Below are positions 50,501 to 62,271 of a stretch of 64,000 nt of DNA, one piece after another (the stretch's first letter is position 1; each line of letters opens with the position of its first letter). A model generated the notes under the pieces. That model worked only from the letters and a program-made list of their open reading frames with translations, searched no databases and was not told the origin of the DNA. A program made the translations under genes and the position numbers. The DNA is taken from NCBI RefSeq assembly GCF_963921235.1, contig NC_086108.1, forward strand, positions 44,456,001 to 44,520,000, in the 5' to 3' direction. The stretch comes from Mobula hypostoma. Its lineage: Eukaryota.

Positions 50501-53442
50501 TATATTTGTATTTGTATGTACATTTTTGTTTGCAGTCACAGCAAAAGTAAAATAGTATCAGACCACACTAGATTAGGATATTCTGGATGTTGGTATTGAT
50601 ACAGTGGTCCTCATGTTGTAACTGGTTGAGCAGAATTTTGGCAGATGTTTATGCGACAATTGTAGTTCAAAATTAAAAAGAAAACTTCCAAACGTAATCT
50701 TGCACTGCTTCATTTCTATCTGAATGCTTTAAATCCCTTCAATTTTTTTAAAGTAGCAGTTTACCTTGAAAGGTTAAGAGGTAACCCAATTTAAAAATGT
50801 GTCTAAAAGAAGATCAGGCTGTTTTTGATGTCACCAGCATAATACTTTTCTACACTTTGAGGCATCTTTTCCTAACAGTAGACACACTTTTTTTAGTCAT
50901 CTTTTTCATAAAGGAGCAGAAATGTTAAAATTGGATTAGTATCTCAAATGCTAAGTGTACATTGTGTTGTCTGTTGGGTATTCTGTAGAGGGCAATGTCT
51001 GCATTGTACTTGGTAATTTGCTTGCAGGGCTGTATGTAATGTGCTATATGTTGGATTCAGTGTGTATTGTGTTGTAGTTTGAAATTAGATTAACTGATTT
51101 TAAGAGATTGCGATCACACTATATCCCCATTCTTGACTAACTCTAAATATAGATCGAACTGTGCAGCCACTTTCTCTTTCCTCCCCAACTTTCTGCACAC
51201 TCTTCATCCTCCCAGCCCTCTTCAACTGCCGCCAATCACCAGCTCATTTTCCAAACTTTGAGGTTTAATTGAACGTATAAAAATCATTGTTATGATTTTA
51301 AAGCAACAGATTGTGCTCATTTTATGTTCTCAGAACATTCCGATAATGTAAAAATCAAATTGGATTCCTTCTTGAAATCTGCTTGTCTCACGTGCATCCT
51401 GTTTCTTCATTGCTGTCAGAATATTGAGGTGTAGTGTGCCGTCTTTTCCATACACCCTCCCGAGGGAGGCTGGGAGGAAGTGGACAGCCAGGGTTTTAAA
51501 ACACTTTTGTTATGCAGACAGCCAGGCCCTACGACCCCTACAGACAGAGCTGGCATGAGAATGCGATGTTTGCTGAAGTGTTTACATTGATGCTGCGTCT
51601 GCCGCCACATTATCCAGAAAGTATCTGCCAGAAACATTAACGCAAGAAGTTGCAATTGCTGCAAGGGTTTGATTCATATCTGAAAAAAATTTACTGCCAG
51701 TTGGGAGGTTTTGTGAAGTTTTGGATTTCCTGGGCGTTCCTTTTTATGTCTAAAGTTTTTTTTATTGCTTGAGGCAGTAGTATTTTGGTTGCTCTCACAA
51801 AAAAAAATATTTATTTGACCTTCTGTTCAGTTAACCCTTAAGTGAGATTTTAAACTGGGAGAATGTCTTTTGGTTAAGGGAGAAATATACATTCTAAGAG
51901 TTTTGTAGAATGTTAAGTGATGTAAATTCCACAAAATCAGGAGCAAAAAAAAAGAATTCCTAGTTGAATACTCATTCCATGAGACCAGATTTAATGGAAT
52001 GAGTAATTCTAACCAGTAAGATGAGAGTTTTAAAATATTTTGTCTTCCTAATTCTGTTAACTCCCACTCTATGGAAAGGCCATTCTCAGCTTTCAGGTAA
52101 TTTTTTCAGGCTCTCTTCCATTGATGAGGCTCCTTCATATAAAAAGGACTCCCCAAGTGGCTCAGTGAATAAATGCACTGTCTCTTGTGTTGCTGAGGCA
52201 AATAGATCAAAAAAGTAGCAGATTCTGTCCCAACTCTGCTGGCTTGTCTGAAGCTGAATGGGGATGAGGATGGGGGGGCGGGTGCAGGTGGGGTGGGGGT
52301 ATGGAATTAGGCTTCGGCACAAGACCATCTGGGAAGATTGAACAAGCTAGAGCTGAGTTTTGATTCTTTGGGTTGAATACAATGTATGGCTTATGAGGCA
52401 TCATATTGAAACTTGATGGAATTGTATCCCAGGAGAAGTTTATACCTTCAGGAGGGGAGGAGGAAATTGCCTCCTTTGGGTAGTTACTTTTCAGTATTCC
52501 TGACTGATGCAGTTTAAAGGAGTGCAGTTTTTAATTTGATTGTCATGGGTAATGGAAACCTGTAGCTGTGATTACTCTTCCCTTGGCTTCTGAGTTCCAC
52601 TTTTAACCAGCATTTAAATCTGAAATTTTATACCTAATTTGAAATTGTTAAAAGTGACGTAGTGTTTAATTTTTGTTGTTGTTGCAGAGCTGGAGGAAAC
52701 TGATTGGTTAATGGACAAGTTGGGGGAGGAGTTTCTGCATGTAAGGCCCTCCTCCTAGTCCCCCTCCCCTCCCCCCTCCATGTCTTGAATTTTGTTTGTC
52801 CCCTTTGCAATGTTTAATGCAAAACTTGAATCCCAGAATTCAATAACGCGTAGAATTGGTGATGATTACAGGGACTTACAGAAAAGCTTCTTGTAAATCT
52901 AGAAATGGAACTGGTTGGCTCAGTATCAACCTAATTGGTTCAAAAGCTTTATTTACTGTGTTTTGCCATGAATCTTTTAACGAAATGATGAGATGTAAAT
53001 TCTGTAGTGTGTTCCGTTCTCACCAACACAAAAGAACTACAGGTGCAAATGCATTCCGGCTTCATTAACTTCCACTCCCTTTTAATTTGCGTAATTTCAT
53101 TTCTCTCTTGCTCATCGCTGTTAATTAGGGCACCCTCTAATCAGTACTATTTATCACAGTGGTACTCATGTTTGGTAAAGCTGCTTTGCAGAATTGCTAA
53201 ATGACTAATTAATGTCTGTTAATTAAGAAAATTGCTCGTGGTAACAAACTACATTGTCGCTGGCAGCAGCCTAGAGACTAACACTTGTTGAAAGCACAAA
53301 CATGGCGGGTCTGCAACAGCTGTTATGCTCTTTTTTTAATATTAAAAAAATCTTTTAAAATGGCTCTACAATTCTCCGAGCCTCCTGCAACTTGATGCAC
53401 TGACGCTGTAACCCCCCTCCTTTGCTCTCTAACCTCTCGCAG

Positions 53443-53523
53443 GGACCCCCAGGTTCTCAACCCTCGCCACATACACAGCCGCCTCCTCACAATCCTAACA
53501 ACATGATGGGACCCCACAATCAG
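53443..53523 (+). CDS. SSBP3: SSBP3 coding exon (81 nt, phase 0/0), GPPGSQPSPHTQPPPHNPNNMMGPHNQ
   Basis: Acceptor ctctctaacctctcgcag and donor CAG/gtaatg. Matches SSBP3 GPPGSQPSPHAQPPPHNPSSMMGPHSQ, a segment I do not recall in canonical SSBP2. Confidence 0.95.
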
Positions 53524-56046
53524 GTAATGAGCTGATGCAGTTGCTTGGGTTCTTCACTTCAAAGGGAGCAAGAATTTCTACATTTGACTAATGATTTGCC
53601 TTTGCTTGCTGTTCTTTTATGTACAAAATTCCTGATCGGGTTGTCCCCAGAAGTGAAGCTTCCGTTTAGGGCTCTTCTAAATTTGTTCAATTTGGTTCAG
53701 GCTTCTGCTGGCCCACAGTACACAAATGCATATTGAAATCATTTTTTTGTTCCCTTCTCTTCATGCCCTTCAGGCCTCTCCCCAAATTAGATCGTGGTAT
53801 GCCTACCCTTGAGGGATGTGGCCAGACTTCAGAGGTGACCCTTGTCAATGAATGCAAGGTGACTCTTTGCACTCGGAGGCCATCACAGCCCAGTCCTGTC
53901 CTGCCATCCACACAGACACGTGCACATTTTCCCCACAAGAATCAGTGGATAATGAATGGAAGTAGGAACTCTGGTTGGTTATAGTTTTCTTGCCCCATTT
54001 CTTTAGATCACCCACCTGTCCTAAACTACCATCTGTCCCTCGGCATTCACCTTTTGGGTCCAGAGGCATGAGGTTAATAGCGTATTGAGCTTTGCCAAAT
54101 TTTCTCAAATCAGGGCATCGAACTGGAGCTGAACCTTGGTCTCCTTTGTTCACCTGGTTCGATTCCAACCCGTATAGTGCATGTATCAGGTGGGGTGAGA
54201 CCCTCGTCTTAAACTTCATGTCTTAAATTCATTTGGCATACTGGCATTTTTGAAACGTGTGCAATTTCAGATGGCAGGACTAATTAGTTTTTTATTTGGA
54301 AACTTTGTAGGGTGGTGCGGTGGCTTGATTTTCAAAAGTATATACATGATCCTTTGGGATTAAGAAGGTTCACTCATGGGATAACCAGATTAGCTATTAC
54401 ATATTTCCTTCCATGATTGTAAATACTTCTAAATGTACTTGGCTATGTGTGCAGTTCACTGCCCTGATACTGGGTCTGTGAGCATTTTCATTTCTTTGAG
54501 TCCATGGTTTAAAACTGAATGTGTTGATGTTTATTGATGAGTTATGTTACTGGTGATTTTTTTGTATTTACATGTCCGTGTGTCTCTGTATTAAATGTGC
54601 AGTATTTTGTTGCATGATTGTTTACCATGTTATCTGCGGCGTTGAGGAATCCCCTCAAGATGTTGCTGAGTCACTGATTCCTTGGCTATCGTGAGCTCAC
54701 CGTCTACAAATGTGTTCATTTTACTGTGTTTAGACACAAGGCAGTTGAGAAAACATTTCCAAACAAATGATACTCCCGGCAACTTTTTATTGTACATTAC
54801 TCCACAGTTTGTTTAATTAAGGCTCCTATTTAATGTCTTATATTGAAAATCTAAAATAACTTGGCTTTATATATTAATTCACTCCCCCCTCCAGCTGAAT
54901 ATCCGTTGCATTCCTCTCTCAATCCACATTTTATTTGGCTGGTGCTGCTCCACAAAAACCGTATAATGATACCCAGGCAGAAGGATTTTCTTTAGATTCT
55001 TCTTCCCTTCCAGTACAATGGTGTTTTTTAAAAAGAATAGCAAATACTCCTGTAAATCTTAGTCTTGCAGAAGTTTTACCTGTTATGTGGATGCCTCAAA
55101 TGTTTCAGTGGGAGCTTGGAATTTTCTGTAATTATTTTCAAAAACTTCCAAATTTCCAGCATCCAGTTTTTGCATAAATTTGCCATGGCTTTGTTTGTTG
55201 GGAGGAAATAGTTTTGCTTATGTAAAGTGTAAGACTGCTTATGTCCATTTCAGTTTGTTCACAAAGTGAAACAAATTCTTTGTAACTGAATAAAAATTGA
55301 GTTGCATTTGATCTGTTTTTCTTTGCAATCGTTAGAGTCTGTTATCCTTTAAAGTTTAGCTGTAAAAGAGCAGCACCACTGTGAGGAGAAACATTGGCTG
55401 TGAACATATTCCTTAGCACCGAATCAGTGCACGACCCTATAATATTTCACACTCCACGGTAAAGTGGAATATATTGCTTAATTATTCCAGACAGATTGTT
55501 ATGTTGTGAAGGAAATTGATACAGCTTTAAAGCTATAAAGGTTCTTCTCTGAAGGGTCAGAGAAGTTGAGTTGTAATATGCAGTATTCAGTTTCTATTAA
55601 ACTTTCTTTTGTGTAGTGTTGTTCATTGGAATATTTGGAAAAAAATTGTTTTTAAAAGCATAGTATGATGTTTGAAAAGTGAATTACAATTTCCTTTGTC
55701 ACCTCCGAGTCCTCATTTTTATCCAGATGCAGTAATCAAGAAATGGCTATGACAAGTGATTTATTGCCACAAGTGAAATCACTCAGAAACCACTGTTTTC
55801 AATTCCACCTGAACCTTGCATGGATTGTAAATTGTACTGAGCTCACTGAGAGTGCAGGAATTCATAGGGTTGGTTAATTTACTGTTTCACACGTCACCAA
55901 ATCACTTGCTTTGGCTATGGTAACTTTTCAAATTGTTGCATGAATCTGCAGTTTTTTTTCCACTTGTATAAAAATGTTTTAATTGAGTGAGATTAAGACT
56001 GTTATTTTAGCAGATTGTAGACTTAACCAATTCTATGTGATTGCAG

Positions 56047-56106
56047 CCTTTTATGTCACCGCGATACGCAGGAGGTCCAAGGCCCCCCATCAGAATGGGA
56101 AGCCAG
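56047..56106 (+). CDS. SSBP3: SSBP3 coding exon (60 nt, phase 0/0), PFMSPRYAGGPRPPIRMGSQ
   Basis: Acceptor ttgcag and donor CAG/gtactg. Matches SSBP3 PFMSPRYAGGPRPPIRMGNQ. Confidence 0.95.
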
Positions 56107-56199
56107 GTACTGTACCCACTGTGCTTCTATCACAAGGCCACAGTAAGTGGCCCCATCCTGTACCAGTTTGGCTGGGGTGATTTTAATATCCTTGGTAGT

Positions 56200-56850
56200 A
56201 TAGGAACAGATTATACTATTCAGCCTGTAGAGCCGACGTTGGCATTCGGTGAGGTGGTGGCTGATCGCAACTGCAACCCTCTCCTTGGTTTCTGCTTTAT
56301 AGCCTTGACTGGCTAAACTTTCATCTTTTGCAGATTCAAAATTATTAATTGAGGTAGCATTTTGTTTTTGTGTGAGACCTTTCTATGTTTCTGTCACGCT
56401 ATGCTGCAGTTTCTTGCATGAAGGAGTATCTCCTCAATGACTTAACACCATGTTTTAAATTCTGTCCCTTGTCCTCTAGTTTCCCCACTAGTGGGATAAG
56501 TTCCTGTGTACCCATCCTGCCAATGTAAAGGCATTCAGTCAGATCATCCCTTAACCTATCATCCGGGGAAGTCTAGCTTAATTTAAATAATCTCTCTTCC
56601 AAATCTAAATAATCTTTAGTTCCCTGATAACATTCCTTTATGTCTGTACTGTCTTTCTAATGTGAGCTATCCAAGACTTTGATTTGCTGTAGCAAGAATT
56701 TTTCCCCCCTTTGTATTCTGGTCTTCCAAAGGCCAACTTTCCTTTGGCTATTTCCATTCTTCTGGTGCCTGATCTCTACAGTTAAGTGCACTTGTATATA
56801 TGGATCTTTGGAGTCACCACTGGTTCTAGCATATCAAAATTTAAATGTAT
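56200..56850 (-). mobile_element. Old CR1 3' fragment
   Basis: ggaacagattatactattcagcctgtagagcc; ttttaaattctgtcccttgtcct (reverse complement resembles TRGH-LK); agatcatcccttaacct. Confidence 0.5.
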
Positions 56851-58959
56851 ATATTTAATTTTTCTGTTCTAATGGTTTACCACATCCACTGCTGATCCAT
56901 CTTGTGAGTGATATTGTACTGTTGTTGAGTTTTGTTTTCCTGTACAAATAAGCTCAGTTGGTTCGAATGTCAGATCAATGATGACGTGGAGCCTGTCTTT
57001 GCTTACGCTCTTGCATGAGGTTGGCACAAGTGTTAATAGTTTTACTGAGAAAACTTGCTTACAGAATACATGTACACATGTGGCATCTGATTTCAGCAGC
57101 ACCCTGACATTTGGGAAAACCTGGTTTTGGAGATGGCTCTTTTTCAGCCCTTGCGAAGTGTATCTATTTTGTTGGGACATGAGATAACCATTAGAATATA
57201 TTTAATTCAACAATTTGTCTTGGAAACCATCGAAATGATCATGGTCCTTGGAATGAAATACGTTGTGTTTTGTTTCTACCAGTTTTCGGAGTGTCTGCAT
57301 TCTTCATTTATCTGTTTCCAGTTCCCAGAGCACCTTTCTTCATCGCCGCCTCACCCAAACCCAATTCACCTTCTCAACTGCATTAACTATCATTTATGTT
57401 AGATTTATGTAGCTAGTACTGAAACCCCATCAGATTTCTGCATCGTCCAGTGATTTTTGGATGTGAGTAATGATTAGGAGTGGGAAATCTCACTCACTGC
57501 TTTCACTCTGCCTTGCTCACCTACCTTCATAGTCTGTGGCACATTGAGAACAACTTAGGATATGTAGCTCCACCAGCTCAACAGTCACCATCAGTACGTT
57601 GACATGCCAGGCTGTTACTACTTCATTTCCCATTTCCTCCTCCTGATCTCCCCCTTCTCCCCTCGCACCACAGGACAAGTTAGGAATGAATGTTTCCCTA
57701 TAACTAAAAGGTCTGATTTTGCATAACCCAAACCAAAAATTAATCCTGACAAATTAATTTTAGATTAGTTGTTCAGCTGAACCATTGCTGGATTACCTCC
57801 TTGAAGACGACTTTAAAAGCATAAAGATGTCACTTTTCTCTTCATGCAGAGGCCTTCTAAATATGACCGTGCAGCTTTTCCAAAACATGAGCCTGGTCTT
57901 TGCAATACATTCCTGTTCCCCACGCCCAGTGGCATGATAATAAACTACTTCCATTTGACCCTGAACTTGTATGTTCTTTCTTCTGAGTGTCAGCTGCAGC
58001 TTCCTGTGCAGAGACGCGGCATTCTTTCTGGGAAAGATTAAATAACTTGTGCTATTAAGAACCCACCCTTCCTTCCTAAAATGTTTCCGATACCATAAGA
58101 ATTTCTCCTCCTGAATAATATAGAAAGACTACCAAGAAACAGAAGGGTTTTTTTTTCGGTCCATTCAGATTACAGCAGCAGCCCTAGCTCATTAGCATTA
58201 ATGTCCTCAGTGTTTTTTCTGAGAACCGTTCTGGACTGCAATATCTTGTAGTACTGTGGACTGGTGGAATACAATATCGAAATACTGTGTTTCTTTTCAA
58301 GATGGCTCAAATTAATTATTGCAGTTAGAGTGAAATGGACAGCCATAAAGACAGATGAGTTGTTGTTCCAGTTTAGTTTAGGTAAACCTTTCTCCTTGTA
58401 AAGGAGCTGGAAAAATCTATGCAACTTTTAAAATTTTTTGCTGGAGTGCAAGGAAAAGGTTTTAATATTCAATCTGCCCTACCATCCACAGCTAGTCAAG
58501 TGGTGATTGGCTGAGCAACAATTTTACATATGCCATTAGTGAAGATGAAGTGAGCCTTCAGTCACCCCAAGCTGCTGAACTTGGGGTGCAGTCTTTGTAT
58601 TCTGCTGAATCCATTGTATAACACACAAGTACTGGACGGACCCTAACGTTTGCGTGTTCTGGGTCTTCTGCATAGGAATGTTGAGCCAATTGGCTGGATC
58701 ATGTTCAGTAATTAGTAATAGTATTTCTTCCCCCACCCTCCCCCCAAATGTAGGGCTTCCTAGTTTGAGCAGTGTAGCAGTTTTCTAAGTGTTATTGGTA
58801 AAGTACGCCGAGCCAGAATTATTGAGTTCGTGATTCTATTGCAACACTTTAATTGCTGTCACAGTAATTGTCTAATCACATTTTCTAACCTGTGGTCTAA
58901 CATTTTCATTAGACTATGATTGATAGGAATCAGTTATTGGAAATTTTTAAACATTGTGT

Positions 58960-59950
58960 GGCATAGAAATAGGCCCTTCAGCCCACTGTGTCTATACTAG
59001 CCTCCTTGCCCAACTATACTAATCCTGTTTGTACTAATTCCATATCTCCCCCCCCCCCCCCCGTTCATTCATGTACCTTCAAGGTGCCTCTTAAATATTG
59101 TCGCTGTTCTGCCACCTCTGGCAGCTCAGTCCAGATATCGACTACCCGCTGTAGGGAAAATACTCCTCAGATCCCCTTTAAACTTCTCTCACCTTAAACC
59201 AATACCCTCTAGTTTTAAACACCTCTGCAGTGGGAAACAGACACTGGCTATCTACACTTACCATAATTTAACATACCTCTGCTGTGTTGCCTCCTTCAGT
59301 CAAGGGAAAGAAATAACCAACCCATCTGCACTCCCCTGATATCTTGAGCTTTCCAATCCAAGCAATGTTCTCTTCAATCTTCCTTGCATCCTCTCTAACT
59401 TAATCATGTCCTGACTATGTGGCAACCAGGGCTACACACAATTCCCCATACGACCTAACCAGTGTTGTATACAGATAGAACATGGCGTCCCAACTCTTAC
59501 ACTCAGTGCTGTGGTCAGTGAAAACAACCAGCGAAACATGTACTTGGATCCTATCTCTCTGTTTGCCAACATTTCATTGTCTGTGTCCTGCCCGGTTTAA
59601 CTTTCCAAAATGCATCAGTTTGCATTAATTGTCTGAGTTAAATTACATCTGCCATTCCCTTGCCCATTTCCCCATCTGGTCCAAATTCTGCTACAACTTC
59701 AGACAACTTTCTTCATTGTCCACTACAGCAGCAATTTTGGTGCAACCTGCAAATTTACTAATTATGCTACCCACATTCTCTTCCAACTACATTGCAAACA
59801 GCAGGGGATTGCTGATCACAGGCCTCCAGTCTGATAAACAGCCCTCCACAATGAGCTTCTAACTGCTACCGTCATTGACTAGCTCACCCGAGGTCTTGTC
59901 TGTTCTAACCTTTTGGATTAGCCTGCTGTGCTGGACTTTGTCAAAAGCCT
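58960..59950 (-). mobile_element. CR1 3' fragment
   Basis: gaaataggcccttcagcccac (3' end); caccttaaacc..ccctctagtttt; tggtgcaacctgcaaatttacta (reverse complement resembles SKFAD); ctttgtcaaaagcctt (KAFDK). Confidence 0.85.
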
Positions 59951-60530
59951 TGCCACAGTTCATGGTAATAAAACATATAAGGTGTAGTATTACTTAGTAG
60001 AAGATTTAAATAGATGGTCTTTAAAAGATATGTCTGCTTGTCTTTTTTAAATTTCTTAAAGCAATTTTTTTTAAAAAAACGTTCATTTTCATTAGGCATG
60101 TTCCCCTTTAAGTCAATCTGTGACAATATATTAACACTTGTACACAAGTCAACCACTTGGATCCATGACATTGAAGGGGTTCAGGAGGGGCAAAAGTTCA
60201 TGCCTAAGCAGAGAAGAGGGAAAAAATGAAAGAGCACAGAAGTGTTTTATCACTTCAGTATACTGTATTTTACTTCATAAACCTTTGTCATTACAATTTC
60301 TTCATAATGCTTCAAATGTGCAAATTCCAGTGCAATTTTTGGAAAGCTGCTGATTACGGGAAATGTGCAATTATTCATCCTTTGCAGCTACCCTTCACTG
60401 TAGCCCCATATGTACTCTCTTGTCTCTCCTTCATTAATCAACTGGCACATGGATATCCATTAGTTGTGTGTGGAGCAGAGGTCAATTCTGTGAAAGTGGA
60501 TGCGGTTTAGTAATCCTGCATTTGTTTTAG

Positions 60531-60597
60531 CCCCCAGGTGGTGTTCCCGGTGCACAGCCGTTGCTACCAAACACATTGGATCCCACACGGCAGCAAG
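60531..60597 (+). CDS. SSBP3: SSBP3 coding exon (67 nt, phase 0/1), PPGGVPGAQPLLPNTLDPTRQQ(G)
   Basis: Acceptor tttgttttag and donor AAG/gtgaga. Matches PPGGVPGTQPLLPNSMDPTRQQG. Confidence 0.95.
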
Positions 60598-60680
60598 GTG
60601 AGATGTATTCCCAACTCCAGATAGGAATCAAAAGAATTCTGTGGTGTACACTGCATAAAGTTTCCTCTCCCTTGTTATAG

Positions 60681-60754
60681 GACACCCTGGTATGGGTGGG
60701 CCAATGCAGAGAATGAATCCTCCTCCGCGAGGAATGGGCCCAATGGGACAGCAG
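60681..60754 (+). CDS. SSBP3: SSBP3 coding exon (74 nt, phase 1/0), (G)HPGMGGPMQRMNPPPRGMGPMGQQ
   Basis: Follows an 83-nt intron. Acceptor cccttgttatag and donor CAG/gtaagc; phase is compatible with both neighbours. Confidence 0.95.
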
Positions 60755-60919
60755 GTAAGCAGAACAGAAACTGCATTCTTTCAGTTTCTACCCTTGAACA
60801 TGGGAATCGTGTTTTAGCAGAATCTGTAATTTTCATTGTCCACCAGTTGTTAGCAAGCCCTGGCATGTCTGATTGGCTTCCTTATGAAGAGATTTGTACT
60901 TTATTCATTCAAGTATTCG

Positions 60920-61078
60920 CCTTCTGGTTTCCTCCCACAGTCCAAAGACATACTGGGTAGGTTAATTGGTCATTCTAAATTGTCCCGCGGTTAGGTTAGG
61001 GTTAAACCGGTTGTCAGGTGTGGCTGGGTGGTGCTGTTCGAAGGACCCGTTCTGTGCTGTATCTCAAAATAAATAAAT
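60920..61078 (+). mobile_element. V-SINE-like 3' fragment
   Basis: ctggtttcctcccacagtccaaagacatac..ttaattggtcattctaaattgtccc..gtatctcaaaataaataaa. Confidence 0.75.
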
Positions 61079-61866
61079 TTAGGTTGTGCAGATCAATTGA
61101 AAATGAGCCCTTGTTTTTAATTAAGTGGAGGTAGTATTTGGAATTCTCCAATGGCTACTGAGTAAGTGTATCAAATGTGCCATAAGTTATCCTTTCTGAA
61201 TTTGGATACACAGTACCTCTGATCTAGAAAGAGAAGAAACATCTGCCGGAGGAAAAGTTCCTCCCAGGCCTGGTTTGTTGGTTGTTTAAACTGGTAAATG
61301 AGAAGGTTGTGGTTTCAAACACAATCCTAAATGTTTAAGCATTGGCGCAGTGTTTTCAGCATATCATTCATACAGTGCAGCAGTGTTGGTATGTAGTTTA
61401 TAGTATCGTGCTAAACTACAGAATTTGAAGGTAGGAATTTCAGCATAGGCATCTTCAGCATTGACTCTCAATATTGGACAACTTTTCCTGATACCCATTT
61501 ATTTTTGATCAAATGTTTAAGGGCGTTTCTTCTATCTAGTGAGGAAAAGATGGGAGTATGTTGGGGTAGTAGTGAATTCAAGTGCGTGCTGGGGCTAAAG
61601 TGTTGCTGCTGATGTCCAATTGAATTTGGGTAGGTGCCATGTGGTGAAAGCAATTGTCTCCATTGGACTGCAGGACCCATTTGGGCTTTAAATTTTTAAA
61701 AAAACTTTAACTGGGACTGAGAATTAGCTTGATGATGTCAGTTGAATTTGGTTTTGGTATTGGGAATGTGCATATTAACAAATTAACTTTGTTTTTTTTT
61801 TCCCTTCCCTGCCCTTCACTGGTTTCCTTCTCGTTATGGTAGTCTGATCCTTGGTTATCGTTGCAG

Positions 61867-61931
61867 AACTATGGCGGTTCAATGAGACCTCCACCCAATT
61901 CAATAGGTCCAGGCATGGCTGGAATGAACAT
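61867..61931 (+). CDS. SSBP3: SSBP3 coding exon (65 nt, phase 0/2), NYGGSMRPPPNSIGPGMAGMN(M); alternative acceptor at 61843 adds SDPWLSLQ
   Basis: Acceptor ttgcag and donor AT/gtaagt. Matches NYGSGMRPPPNSLGPAMPGINM. Confidence 0.94.
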
Positions 61932-62271
61932 GTAAGTCTCTTGCATACAGATAAATCTATATGCTACTAAAACTCTCATGCTCTGTCTGTCTGTTTGTGA
62001 CCTCGAGTCAGCGCAAACGCTGTATTACAGCAGCACTTTTTTTTGGCTACATTGAATTCAAGTGCGCTAACTTACAGAATGCAGGCAAAGTTCAGGGTTA
62101 TATATTCATATAAAATTGCTCATTTGCCAAAAATCAACAGGTTGGCTTTCACCCGAGACCCGACCGGCCATCATGGAAGTCGGGACACGACAGCCCAACG
62201 CATGCGCACGGCCAGCCCCAGCAACGACACCTACCGGAGCAAAAGGGCAGGGCAGCTCTATTTCGAGGGCA

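Noticed and set aside
52259..52300. G-run cluster as a functional G-quadruplex
   Set aside because: G/C runs are common in this window (also 35368, 38435, 59047), so there is no specific evidence of function.
39231..61931. Assignment to SSBP2 or SSBP4
   Set aside because: The GPPGSQPSPH exon, RYAGGPRPPIRMG and RPPPNS fit SSBP3 better by recollection; not confirmed by phylogeny.
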